A stretch of DNA of 64,000 nucleotides, from positions 13,566,242 through 13,630,241 of the forward strand of contig CM082580.2 of NCBI GenBank assembly GCA_040954595.2. The letters are read 5' to 3'. The stretch is from Balanoglossus misakiensis. Taxonomy: Eukaryota; Animalia; Hemichordata. The position numbers were made by a program, and so were the translations under genes. Below, piece after piece: positions 1-13,300 of this stretch (its first letter is position 1; each line of letters begins with the position of its first letter). The notes under the pieces are model-generated. The model was not told the DNA's origin. It did no database searches and worked only from the letters and a program-made list of their open reading frames with translations.

Positions 1-146
1 AACATTACAAGGCAACTGCAAAGCCTGCCATCGTTAAAATCATGAAACAATATAAATTTATGTTGACAATATGTGTGCAAGGCATACATGTACACGTAGG
101 CATTATCTGTTTTGAATACTAAGTAATTTACTAGCACAACACATTC

Positions 147-180
147 GATATTCATAGATTATTGATATTCATAGATTATT
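147..180. repeat. 17-bp direct tandem duplication (gatattcatagattatt x2) in CISD3 intron
   Basis: Read directly from sequence. Confidence 0.8.
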
Positions 181-250
181 TATAGGCCTAAAATAGATAT
201 TTCTGAGTGCATAGCAATCACACGCAAATAAATGATACATTTACTAGTAC

Positions 251-670
251 CTGCTTTTTACTTCTTCCACAAGAACACCAACTGTAGCGTTTATCAGCCT
301 CACACGATACCTTGAATGGTCCTTTCGCAGCTATCAATCCTGTGGTCATTGGACGAACCTGGAAAACATTGACATCACGACAAAAACGTGTCGTCAGCCA
401 GAGTGCATTGCTTGATGAAAATCTATTGCAAAGTGTCAAACTTACAATAAAAACCTGCCAAATTGCCAGAGACTATCATAATACGAGAAGGGGTGATATT
501 ATTAGGCGACAAGTCAGGCGCGGGTCACGGTGACCTTTGCATTGTTATTGTAAACACGGAGATGCAAGACTGAACCCGGATACCTGTTGGCAGTGTTGCG
601 ACTGGTAAACTCCAACACCCCTTTTCATGAAGGAGGAGGAAAATCGCACCATCGAAGCAAGCGTTGACAT
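251..670 (-). CDS. CISD3: CDGSH iron-sulfur domain protein 3 (MiNT), 5' exons only; gene continues off the left edge. Exons 670-584 and 454-251
   Basis: Spliced translation MSTLASMVRFSSSFMKRGVGVYQSQHCQQ|VFIVSLTLCNRF...AAKGPFKVSCEADKRYSWCSCGRSKKQ. The W-C-x-C-G-x-S-K-K-Q stretch is the first half of a CDGSH domain; N-terminus resembles a mitochondrial presequence; phase-0 GT-AG junctions. Confidence 0.85.
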
Positions 671-1025
671 TTTTGGAATGTAAGACTCAAATGTCGCTGT
701 ATTGTATTCGCTTTAACGTTTGTCCTTGACCTCAAACCGCCTGTGTCAAGGGTCTGGGGTGGTACTGCACAGTGTTCGATTTCGCGAATGTAGCATTGCG
801 CCCGCTAGTGTCGAAGCGCGCTTCATAAATATTTTTGGATTCAGATACGAGACCTGTTAGGAATGCGTTCATATTTTTCACAATTTCTTTAACCATTTTG
901 GGCTATTTAGGCTCTAAATGAGGGCAATTGAAGACAGAAAAGACAAAAACGAATACATGTACTTGAGTACCGGCGAGCATTGCGCGTGTCAGGAAGCTTG
1001 CTCCTGCGCAGTGGATACTTCCTGT

Positions 1026-1040
1026 GTTGGCCTTAGCAAC
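1026..1040. promoter_or_regulatory. Putative RFX X-box upstream of SPAG6
   Basis: GTTGGC-CTT-AGCAAC about 125 bp upstream of the SPAG6 ATG; resembles the X-box palindrome typical of ciliary gene promoters. Confidence 0.5.
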
Positions 1041-1163
1041 AAAACAGAAACGTTCCTCATACCTGCTGTGAGTTCGCTTATACACCGAGGTGGCTGATAA
1101 ACCATCGTGATTTGCGGACAACGCTTACAGAAAATCGCAAAGACGTGAACATTCTCAGCCACA

Positions 1164-4100
1164 ATGAGTTCGAGACAGGTCTTACAAGGTATGTAGGCGA
1201 GTTTAAAGATACGATTCTGACTATTTGTCAAGAATATTTTGTGTTCGCAACGTTGCTGCAGTTGTTTGTATCATGTCAGTTGACAACACGGAATATTCTT
1301 GCTGTTGATACCATACTCAGAAGATAACACATTGGTGTTTTAAATTGTTTTATTTTTAGTTCTATCTAAACTCTTATGATTCACGATATATTTACAATTT
1401 CATTTTTGAAGGAACATATAATTTAAGCAAACTGTCCACCACTGTGGCAGGGTATCAAACGTGACAATTCTTCTCCATCCTTGTGTTTATTTCCAAATGT
1501 GTTGTCAATGGCGATCATCACATCATGTTTTAATCCACTTGACTAGTCGCTTCAACTAGTGTACCTTGATGTAAATTACATCATTTACTTTATCCTTTGC
1601 AGTGTTTGAGCAGTATCAGAAGTCAAGAACACAGTTTGTGCAAACTATTGCTGAACTGTCATCACGACCACAGAACATCGAAACTCTGCAAAATGCAGGT
1701 GGGTAAAGATTTCCATTTGTAAAATTCTAAGATTCTGGCAACACACATAATCCATCTTAGTATTCTGACAGAACAAACTACTCAATCACAGGCGATATTT
1801 TCACATTAACCTCTCTTCCTCTCTACCTCAGGTGTTATGTCCCTACTGCGTCCTCTGCTATTGGACATCGTACCGACCATTCAACAGACAGCAGCTTTAG
1901 CACTTGGACGATTGGCCAACTACAATGATGATCTGGCTGAAGCAGTTGTCAAAGGGGACATCCTGCCACAGCTTGTGTACTCCCTTGCAGAACAAAACGT
2001 AAGTGCTCTGGATGTTTGAGTTAAGCAGAAAATGAATTGGTGATTCCTCTGTGTGCAAAACTATGTGATTTTTATTTTATAAAAATTAATATTTATTAAT
2101 AACTTCATTTGCTTTAAGATTTTGTGCTTGAAATTCTTACATTGTTATTTTTCTTTCCTTTCAGCGTTTCTACAAGAAGGCTGCTGCATTTGTTTTGAGG
2201 GCTGTAGCCAAGCATTCTCCTCAGTTAGCTCAGTCTGTTGTCGACTGTGGTGCTCTGGATGCATTGGTCATTTGCCTGGAAGAGTTTGACCCCGGGGTCA
2301 AAGAATCTGCTGCCTGGGCTCTAGGATACATTGCAAGACACAATGCCGGTAAAGACAAGTTTCTGACAATTTTTTCATAAATCTCTCTAATGCCCAAAAT
2401 TTGTGTTTATGAATGAATTTGACTGGGTGATTGTGATTTTGGTGATCGTGGATCTGAATCTTGCTGTTTGGTTGATTGTTAAACACAATTTTCTCACCCC
2501 CCCCCCCTTTCTTGATTTCACTCATTAAAATCATACATTGCTTCCCCCTTCTTCCAGAATTAGCCCAGTCTGTTGTTGATGCTGGTGCTGTACCACTGTT
2601 GGTTCTGTGCATCCAAGAACCAGAGCTGTCTCTGAAACGAATTGCAGCATCTGCTCTCAGTGATATCTGCAAACATTCTCCAGAGCTTGCACAGACAGTG
2701 GTTGATGCCGGAGCCATTGCACATCTGGCACAAATGATCCTCAACCCAGATGCCAAACTCAAGGTAAAGATTGTTCATTTTTTTTCTTTAATTAATAAAT
2801 ACTAGTAGGCTAATTTTCATCACATTACCAATTCTATTTTTCAATGTGTAAAAGTTGTACTTCAAAATTCCCCTATAATTGAGAGACATACCATTTTATT
2901 TTTCATTGCAGAGGCAAGTATTTTCAGCTTTGAGTCAGATCGCCAAACACTCTGTCGATCTAGCCGAGATGGTGGTTGAAGCTGAAATTTTCCCAGCAGT
3001 TTTGACTTGCTTGAAGGATATTGATGAATATGTACGCAAGAACACAGCTACCTTGATCCGTGAAATTGTTAAACACACTCCAGAACTGGCACAGTTGGTG
3101 GTCAATGCAGGTGGTGTTGCTGCTGTGGTTGACTACGTTGGTGAATCACGTGGTAATGTACGTCTTCCTGGAGTCATGATGTTGGGATATGTGGCAGCTC
3201 ACTCTGAAAATCTTGCAATGGCTGTCATTGTGTCAAAGGTCAGTTCAAATTGTTTGTAGAGTCATGGTGTTTAACTACTGTGGTACTCATGCTGTCTGTC
3301 TGTTATGATCTAATCAATTTCATTTTGCCTATTGCTCCCTGCGGTCCAGTCTTTCTGACCACAGAAACAACAATGTTCATGTCATCATGAAGTGATCCTT
3401 AGTGTGATATTCAAATACCAGCAGTGACAGATTTTTTCCCTTTTACTCCTGCCAGGGTGTAACACAACTGGCAATTACTTTGGCTGAAGAACCTGAAGAC
3501 CACATCATGGCTGCAGCAGCCTGGGCTCTGGGACAGATTGGTCGTCACACACCAGAACATGCTAAAGCTGTGGCTGTTGCTAACGTCCTACCCAGACTGT
3601 TGCAATGTTACCTGCGTGCTGATGCTTCAGAAGACTTGCAGACTAAAGTAAGTTATCATTGTAAAAAAGTTAGAAACGTAGTTTCAATGCATGTAGGTAG
3701 TCTATTTACTTTGGTCGACAGTTCAATATTTTTGACACTCTCGTCCTCTCCTTTGCAGTCCAAGAAAGCCTTGAAGAACATCCTGCAGAAATGTGTCCAC
3801 CTGCCTGCCTTGGAACCTCTGTTACATGATGCACCGGCCAACATACTCAAACATGTGGTTGGACAGTTCAGCAAAGTATTACCGCATGACGCCAAAGCCA
3901 GGAGGCTCTTTGTCACAAGCGGTGGTCTGAAGAAGGTGCAGGAGATCAAGGCAGAACCGGGCAGTGCTCTTCATGAATACATCAATATCATCAATAATTG
4001 CTACCCAGAAGAAATTGTCAGGTAAGATATTCTCTCTTCCTTTTATCTTCATTTCAGTCAGTGATGGTGATTACCACTAGCAGAAACTTTGAAACAAATC

Positions 4101-4197
4101 TCACAATTTGTATCGTCCTCTTTCACACAGATACTACTCACCTGGTTATTCAGAACAGCTGTTGGAGAGAGTTGAGCAGTATCAGCCAGTTGCCTAA
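1164..4197 (+). CDS. SPAG6: Sperm-associated antigen 6 / PF16, armadillo-repeat axonemal central-pair protein, 508 aa. Exons 1164-1188, 1603-1698, 1832-1998, 2165-2348, 2558-2763, 2912-3238, 3456-3647, 3759-4021, 4131-4197
   Basis: MSSRQVLQVFEQYQKSRTQFVQ...RPQNIETLQNAGVMSLLRPLLLD...CYPEEIVRYYSPGYSEQLLERVEQYQPVA*. Closely matches recalled vertebrate SPAG6; exons sum to 1527 nt in frame. Confidence 0.97.
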
Positions 4198-5139
4198 ACA
4201 TATTGAACTTGGAAAGGACTTGAAATGAAGCGACAGTGTCTAACATTCTCACTAATATCTGTCAAACTTGAACATCATGAACATGAAACATAAACCTGGT
4301 TCAAGGTGTATCAGAATGAATCATATGAAAAAAAGGGTCGGCAAGTGTGATTGTTTTGAGAAACCTCACAAGCAGTGAACATTCTGCAATTGTTTTGTAA
4401 AAATGGACTCTAAAATTTGAATTGAATAAATGTATCGTTGATGATATTTAAACATGTTTTTTTCCCTCCAAAGAAAAGGTATGGAAGAGCGTTGAATAAA
4501 ACCATTCATCTCCTTTTGCCACATGTAGGTATGTCTTAGATATCTCCTTTTGACATGCAAGACTTGCACACTTTTCAAATCTGTCTTTTAAAATAATTAT
4601 GAGGCCCCATTGAGATGACAACATATTGTCCAGATATATTCATCCTTGTATATATGTATTTTTGTCAGATTCAAAGTCAAAAGGCAATTTTGTAGGACAG
4701 ATTTTACCTGAATATCTTTCAAAGCTGATTTTCCCTGACAAATTCTTGTATTCGAAATGTCACTTTTTTGCTAATAAAGTATACACTTTGTTAATATTAA
4801 ATGCAAGTTGCAGAAGAATATATTCAAAACTCACGAGTCATGCAACTTCAACTGTTGGTATGGGGTTTTTTTTTATTTATTAAAGTTGTACATGTACATG
4901 AATGTGAAACATAAGAAGAAGCGCGCAATAGACTTGGTCACTTATCACTGATAGCATAACTACCATTGTTTATGGATATTACACAGCTGATATCATGAAT
5001 GAATGTCTGGTGTACACATAATTTATATAAAGAGTTCTGCAATAATTAACGTTTTTATGCACTTTTCTGAAAGTGCACCAACACAAAAAGTTCTCAGTCC
5101 ATTAATGATGACATCAAAATATGTACAGCTAGTCCAGCT

Positions 5140-6604
5140 CTAGTCCATCCTCGCTTTCAACGATCTTGTTGTTACTTTGTCTTTTTCTCTGCCAAAAATG
5201 AAAGCACAAATATGTGGATGAGTATATGAGTATATCATTGTACACATGTGATAAAAAGTCCTGTCACTTGATATTGAAAACTTCCCCACAAGATGTATAC
5301 TTACACAATATGAACAACAGCTCCCCAACCAGCAAGGCAATCTCTGTCAACTGCATTTAGTAAAGCCTGTGATATACATTCAAACAGCTCATCTGGTTCC
5401 TGTGGAAACGTGAGGAAACATATCAGTCACATTTCAAATTATACCATTACCATGATACGAGTCTCTACCACCAGAAAACAAAATCACCAAGATAATGCTG
5501 ACTTCTCTTCTAACTAATACTCACCATATCTGGAAGCCAGAGAGATTCACACATACCATACAACTGTTCTGAAGCCGTTCCTGCCACAACAAAATCTTCC
5601 GGTTCCATAGGACATCCTATTAAGTCTAGGGAACATATGAATGGTTCGGATGTGTGTGGATCTAACCCTGCTATGATTGGTTCTACAAAGTAGGGGCCAA
5701 ATCTGAAACAAAGCACAGTTCATCGATCAATCATAAGATTACAAAGACCCAGGGAATCATTTTTTATTTCCAGGTTGTGTAGATTCACCAAAAGTTTTTA
5801 CTTACCTCCTTTCATACAGAAGATTTGAAACCATACTCATGAACGTTTTGGGTTTTATTTGCCTACTTTCCCTCAGTGTGTATAAATTTAACCTGAACTT
5901 CAGTCTGTTTGATCTGTAGGATAAAGAGAAAGACAAGTTACTGTACACTGTATTTGCCAGAATATTCATTCTCTAGTTGCAGTTAGCTTCAACCAATAAC
6001 TAAAATACAAGGTTCTACTTGACAAAAACCACATCACATCACATCATGAATGATACTGGTCAAATATTGTTACTTACACTGTCTGTACATCTGTTGCTAG
6101 ACCTGGCAATCCTAAATAAAGTCTGGGAGCCATTTCAAATATTTTTTGAAAATCCATGGATACTGTTTGTGCTTGCATTCCTAGTCTTTTATCAGCTGCA
6201 ATGGCTACGCAGTTTTTACCTTTCATGGCCACAAGGGCCGAACCGTTGTATGACATAATAGACTGTAAGTAAAATAAAAGAATACACTGTTGATGATCTG
6301 CTATAAAACATCTTCAAGCAAAGCTTCTCCAAATCTTACATATCAGTGATCAGATTCGCAGCAGACGAACAAAAAAGGTGCATTTTCATAATTGCACAGG
6401 ATTCACGGTTTAATTTAGGTATTCACGCTTTAACATTATGACAATTCATTTGACATAATGTTAGAAGAAGACGAGCACATTCCCCTCACCCAAAACCTGT
6501 GTTGTGTTTTGATTTGCAGCAGACTACAAACGGGATGACACAGCTGAATCATAACATTCAGGATGTCATGTATAAATGACCGAAAACTGAAGAGATCTTA
6601 CCAT
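5140..6604 (-). CDS. PSMB3: Proteasome subunit beta type-3, 205 aa. Exons 6604-6602 (ATG only), 6262-6078, 5913-5806, 5702-5525, 5399-5305, 5188-5140
   Basis: [29 protein letters not shown]...[15 protein letters not shown]...LYGMCESLW...[12 protein letters not shown]; 618 nt in frame. Confidence 0.97.
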
Positions 6605-6747
6605 GATTGCAAAAAATATCCACCCTGCTGTTCAGAGGAATGCAGTTTCTTAATGTCTTCGAAAAGTATTTCTTTCAATATCCAAATATCAACGAAGATT
6701 ATCCCGATTGGATTCGACAGTCACTACTCTCCCGGTTCTTAACAAGC

Positions 6748-6759
6748 CAAGATGGCGGC
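6748..6759 (+). promoter_or_regulatory. YY1-type motif in the PSMB3/PIP4K2 divergent promoter
   Basis: CAAGATGGCGGC, the full YY1 consensus, between the two divergent start codons. Confidence 0.5.
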
Positions 6760-7399
6760 AGTCTCTGTTTTGAAGCGCCCGCAGTGTTTAACCTGCTCAC
6801 ACCCTTTGTTTTTACAGAGGATCGCCGCTTTCTAAACAAAAAATACTTTGTTCTTTATTTTTCATCTCTAAACCTTGATGGGACGCTAAATATTTGACTT
6901 TTCAATGTGAGAAAGTGCTTTGCAAGCCTCCTGGCCAAGTTTGGACTTCAATTACTCGTATAATGAATTGAAATTTATGTACTGTTTATACTCATATCCT
7001 TCTGGGCTATAAAATGTTCACATTTTAGCAGAAAACATACAATTCTGATTCATTATGAGATGATGATGATGCGTCAAACCACCTGAAAGTTTTTCGATAG
7101 ACAGTGCATGAAGTAAGCAATAACCATAGCGACGCGACGATTCTGATCTGAATGACCGCTCCCCACAGGGGTCAGGTCTGGGCGTGAGGAACCCTGGGTA
7201 ATACATAGGTCGCCATATTGGATCCAAGGCTAGAAAGTGCAGCGACGCTGAAAGGGTCTGCTGATAAAGCTGAAGTGAATATCGAGAGCATGAACACCAA
7301 AACAGAGATGGACAAGTACTTGTGATGAATTGCCGATATTGACTGGACATATATTTTGAATCCTGTTGACTTTTAACTTTACTGAAACGTTGACAAAAC

Positions 7400-10300
7400 A
7401 TGGCAACGAGCAAGAAAAAGCATATCAAAGCCGTTTCTCAGAAGGTGAAACTGTTCCGAGCCAGCGAGCCGTTATTGAGTGTATTTATGTGGGGCATCAA
7501 TCATACGGTAAGGTTTTTCATGTAAAATGTTTTTCCCCAACTGTTTCCATAGTAGCAGCGACGGCAAGTTATATTTAAAAGGTTGAATAATTGTAAACAT
7601 TCCAAATTGTATATTGCAGTCATGTTTCGTTTCATAAAACACTTCTGTCAGTTCTGTGCTAGACTTGTTACATTGAAATCAATGAGATTCAATCGGCACT
7701 TGTCAAATTAAAAATGATAATTTATTTTAAAACAAGGATATCTCATTTCACAAGGTCAACTCTTGGACATGAAATATGTAGGGCACAGAACTTAGCACTA
7801 TCTTTACATTGTATATATGTGGTATGGTGGTGACCTTGGAAAACATTTTGTGATTCACTGATAAAAACTAAAGGCACTCAGTGACTCACGTGACAGAAGT
7901 CATGATGTTTTTCTGTTTTTGTCTTTAGATAATTTTGGCTATATGCGTATAATTGAACACTACATTTAAGTGTTGTGCGTTTCCATTTCCTAAAAATAAC
8001 TTGTCTATTGGACAAACATAATATGTTTTTGAAATGTACATAAAGTCTCAGTTCTGCGGGCCACAACTTCCCCTGGACAATTTTGTGTTGGAATGGGGAA
8101 GGGCACAACACAAACTATCCTGTCCAGAGGAATTTGAATCTTGCGGAACTGTTAGTGTAACTATGAGAAGGGATGTGAGTGACTTGCAGTATCAGAATAC
8201 TGTAACCGTCTGACACATATATCGATGATAAACAAAGCCCAAGTCCAGTCATTGATCATAATGTATTCATGTGTTTACCTCACTGTGGCTGTGCCAAAGT
8301 GTCATGAGATAATCACAGATGCAAATACAGTGACACAAACCACTCACCAGGATGACTAGCTTTATATCAAATCAGGAAGAGATGGTACAGTTTGATAACA
8401 TGTCTTGTGATGGACAGGATCTGTGTATTTTGCCTCGATAGTATCTGGGCAAAGTTGTCTTTCATCATTTAATGATATACAACGTACTGAGAAAAATATG
8501 TAACATGAAAAAATAATTTATAATATAATGTTGAACCTACACAATGCTTTGTTCAGTGATTGCTACAGTCATCACTCATGTCTCATATAAATTCTGACTA
8601 ATTGAGTAAATACTAACTTTTTAATGTACAATCGTAAACACAACACTGATTAAAAAATAGCCAACAATCCTTGACAGGAGCCAGTTATGAAAAGGGGTGT
8701 TTTCCTGTTTGGTTATTGTGTGAACTGATTTATTATCTTTTCTGCCATTTATTTCCAAATCAAATATCACTTTTGAAAAACAAAGTCAACAAAAACGGAG
8801 ATTGGCCCTAAATGGCTCAACACCTCCCCCTGTTCAGAGATGTTTTCAAATGTTTTACAAACTGTTCATCTATGTTCTGCAAAATTTCACAATAAATCTA
8901 GCTTGTATCGAGTGTTACATGTTTAAACAATTATGTAAAGAGATATTGACATCCTGGATCCAGATTATGAAAATTGATAAAATAACTTTACATTAATGAA
9001 AATGTGTAAATAAGATTACTGATACAAAATGTAACCTTGGGGTAAAAATTTGAATACAAAAGATGTCCATTATTTTTCATTTTCAATATTGACCTATATG
9101 CATTGTTCATTTTAAACTGCTTTCCAGGTTTATTGGTTTTGCAATATGTCTGATGTAATTGTAAATTTGTATAGTGCTGTCTAACCACTGCCATAAATAA
9201 TATTGTTCACACATAGGCAAGGTAGGATCAGGACTAAAATAATCCTCTCTGGGAAACGTTTTGAGTGAATTCAAGGATGTAGAAATCAGCTGGTTGCCGG
9301 CAAAAATAGCTGCCATTGGTGGCTCCAAAAATAGAAGTAATAACTGTATACATTAATCTTCGTTTCTAATGATATTGTACCCCTACCAGTGTTATTTTTA
9401 GTCCTTTTGAAGGTTATCCACCAAATAAGGACAGATTTAAATACATCCTATTTCCAAAACAAATCACATTGTTGTGACTTGTGCAGTTGCATTTTGGGAT
9501 GATCTTGAAGCTATTTTATTTCGACATTCTAAAGTGTAAATTGTGTGCTTTTAGTTCTACTGCCACTTTTGAAATCGCAAGTCATTTAAATATTTGGCAT
9601 CTGATCTTGTTTTGGAGCCAGTGTTTGGAATTTTGTGAATGTACTTTTTTGCACTTATGAATTACCAAATGATTGCCTTAGAAGCAGGCCGACAGATATA
9701 TGGGCTGGAGATATGACCTCTTGCTCTCTTGGAAAATTAAAAGCAGAATTTTAGTTTGGCATCAACAGGAAGTGAGAAAACAGACGAAATGAATTATTCT
9801 TATGAGACGTGATCTAAACTGGCTAATGTCAGTGAAGCATTGAAATTCTCATTTCCTGTAAAGTTAACATAATATACTGCTGCAACGGAAGTGTGCTAAA
9901 GATGCCAACGTTGGTTTCCGTTTTGGAAACAAGAAAGGCCTCAAGTCCTTGATGAAGTTAACCTTATGCTGCCTTTATCTGGATAATCATCACAGAGACA
10001 TTTGATCTGCATAAATTTACATACTAATTTGCATTAGAATTCCCAGGTGAAATACAGAAATTGTGAAAATCTTAATAAATTAAAATTACATAAGCCTAAT
10101 GTGATAAGACTTAACAACGACAGCGGTATAAGTTTCTCAACAAGAAAACAACACATGTATACATGTGTGTGTATGAGTGCATGTATGTTTGTATTGACCA
10201 TTGACAAATTAAAACTAGAATTGCATACTTTCTGTAGGCCTGCCTCTGAAGATGTGTTCTACAGATATTTTTCTATTTCAAATATGTTTCCATGGTAACT

Positions 10301-13300
10301 AAAACAAATTCAATAAGAAGACTTTATTGGTTTGCCATAATCTATCTTGACAAGGGTCCCAATAACTTGCAATATACATGTACTAGTGACTATTTCTTTT
10401 TTAGTGAGAATAAGATCTTTCCAGAAATGTATGCTCTGTGATAATACATCAGTTTAGATGAACTCTCTAACAAATCACTTTCTATTTTTCAGGTTGGTGA
10501 ATTAGGTCATGTAAATATCCCGGTAATGCTGATGCCTGACGATTTTAAAGCCTACAGCAAAGTGAAAATAGACAACCATGCTTTTAACAAGTAAGTTAAT
10601 AATGTGCCTGTCTCAGATAGTGATTGTCAGCGCAAGAACACACAGTGCCATTTTATTTTTTCTGTGTGAAAGATGAAAAAGACTGAAAACCTCCATTTGG
10701 TTTATACGTGGGTGCGTGCGTAGGTACTTTTTATGGTGTCATTATTGACAGGCAAAATTGTCATCATTTTTCATGAAAGAGTCAGTGTTCCTATGGAAAA
10801 TGTTCAATTTTCATGAAATGAGTTTTTTTGTGTGTGCTCATATCGCCTTGCCATCAACATGGGAAAATAACGTCAGGACATTTTGACCTGAACAGCATTA
10901 AATTGGCAATGAAATCCGTGACGTGACTCGCATGGGGGAAAAAATCTGACAAATATCTTTGTTAACAAGGTCTCATGTAAATTAAAACCCAAATAGTGTC
11001 TGTCACATTCATTTGTGATAAATGTACATGTAATTAGGTCATTGGGAAGTATGAGAAAATTGTGTAAACATTGAACATTCATCCATCATTTTCCTCCACA
11101 AACAGGATAAAGCTTCCGTTAATTAGGCTGTTAACATTAAATTTCTCCTTCCTGCAGTTACGCAGTGTATTAATGTCTTGTTTAAGGCTGTCTTGAAAAT
11201 TCAGGTCAGGTGACCAGTGAGCTTTTAATGTGCAGGTCATGCTTTTCACTTGCTATCAGTCGATTTTCATCTTGATTGTGCAAATTCAGATAAAGTAACA
11301 TTGTATGTTATTTGAAAAATATTTACTGTTCATGTTTAAGAGGTAATTGTTCATTGTGTGCTGGTTATTGACAAAGAAAAAAAACCTACTATTTGCTAAT
11401 TTATGTTGTACAGATGTTATATGGACAAAAATGCAATACAATATGATAATACTTTTAAAACAATCATAACATCGATTGGTTTTATGATTGGTACAATTCT
11501 CAGAGTTAATAATTGTCAGTATAAAATTGTGCTGAAGTTGCTTTGGGTATTTGTAGGATATTTAATGAAAGTCAATCTTTGGATTTCTTGTGTTTATCCA
11601 GAGAAAATCTTCCAAGTCATTTCAAAGTGAAAGAATATTGTCCACTGGTGTTCAGAAACTTACGGGAGAGATTTAACATCAATGACCAAGACTACATGGT
11701 AAGTGGATTTGGTGTCGTTTAGGGGTTTGAAAGAAATTATTGATTTTATTATCAGCTGTATCTTTAATGTGGATTATGGGTAAATGGAAGTCAGTATTTG
11801 AAATGAGGATGATGCCGTGTTTGAACTGTGATGACAGATCAGCTGGGAGTAATCTCTTTTGAACATCAAGTGTGGCGACACAGAATACGGTTGTATTTGC
11901 TGAATACCAGTGAAGTCCAGGAGTAATGACAGCTGTTGGCGCCAATCAATTTTTTAGCAGAATTCTCGCAAGCTGAGAAAGCTAAACCTGATACACATTC
12001 TACAAGGAATGTATTTTCACAGAAATCTACGCATGCTGGTGTTATATATCCTACTTGAAATCAACATAAAATATCAGTTGTCACTGAAATAGCTATTTTG
12101 TGTATTATGAATTTTGTGACGAAGTAATTACAATATGTGTTTCACAGTGTAGACTTCTATTGCTTCTTAACAGCCATCATCAGTCAGTCAACACCATTTC
12201 TTTACATATTTTTCACTGGGAAGACAGATTAATATTTTACTGTATTTGTGTGCATGTTCGCATTTGTACAGATCTCGCTGGCCTCATCACAACCCGTGTG
12301 GAGTAATTCGCCGGGGAGAAGCGGCGCCCGTTTCCTGGTTTCAGCAGATAAAAAATTTGTCATCAAAACCATCTCTCGAGAGGAAGTGGAAATGATGCAT
12401 AACATTTTAAAACAGTACCACCAAGTGAGTACATGCCGCATTCCGCCTTTATTTCCTGTCATTCATATCTCGACTACAGATGGGGTTTCAGTCATCTTGG
12501 TAATACAAAACCTGACATAATCACATTTAGTTGTAAAGGAATGATTTTTTTTCTTTATAACACATGCTGAGTTCTGTCAATTCAGTTTATACAATCTACG
12601 GTACATGTATTTTTGTACTGTGGCGATGTAAACCTGACTTTGAGTGGAAGTCCATTTTGCTTGATTTCACACATCTGACACCTTCTAGATCTTATCACCT
12701 TTCATCAGTTGCAAACATCTTCCATTAGCGCAGTGACAGTTGACTTCCTTTGACAAGATCCTCTAAATATAGTTCTGTTGCTGATTCTTTCCTGAACCTT
12801 GGCTGACATGTTTTTGAAGTGCACTTGTGGTGACTCCATCAGTACTGATTATATTCGTTCTCTTTCTGAAAATGTCTCCCCAATTCCAGAATTCTCGATC
12901 TCGAGACTTGTAAGTTGTATGTCTATTTGGTAACTTAGACAAAGATCCTGGCATACTTGACCTGTAAAATAAGAATTGTGAGTGAGTTTTGATGAAAGCA
13001 ATCTCCATTCTGTAACTGTATGTAACTAGAGTGGTGCACAGCAAGCCTCCAGAATGTTGGATCACATTTTGTGTTCTGTTTACTTCAGTTTATAGTTGAA
13101 CACCATGGTAAAACACTACTACCACACTACCTGGGAATGTATCGACTAACGGTTGATGGCGGGGAGACATACATGATTGTCATGCGGAGCATTCTTAGCA
13201 CCAGTCTCACTGTTCACAAGAAGTTTGACCTGAAGGGGTCCACTGTAGACAGACAAGCGAGTGATAAAGAAAAGGTGAGAGGTCGCTTTTGGTTGCCTTT

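Noticed and set aside
750-830. tRNA-like GTTCGA motif in the CISD3/SPAG6 promoter
   Set aside because: No cloverleaf or acceptor stem could be built; more likely CpG-rich promoter sequence.
2298-3949. Long minus-strand ORFs over SPAG6 (and similar antisense ORFs over other exons)
   Set aside because: Antisense shadows of real coding exons.
8690-9450. Possible non-autonomous DNA transposon in PIP4K2 intron 1
   Set aside because: Repeat-like texture, but I could not identify matching terminal inverted repeats or a target-site duplication.
10286-10299. Good X-box match GTTTCCATGGTAAC in PIP4K2 intron 1
   Set aside because: Isolated, far from any inferred TSS; single short motifs arise by chance in 64 kb.
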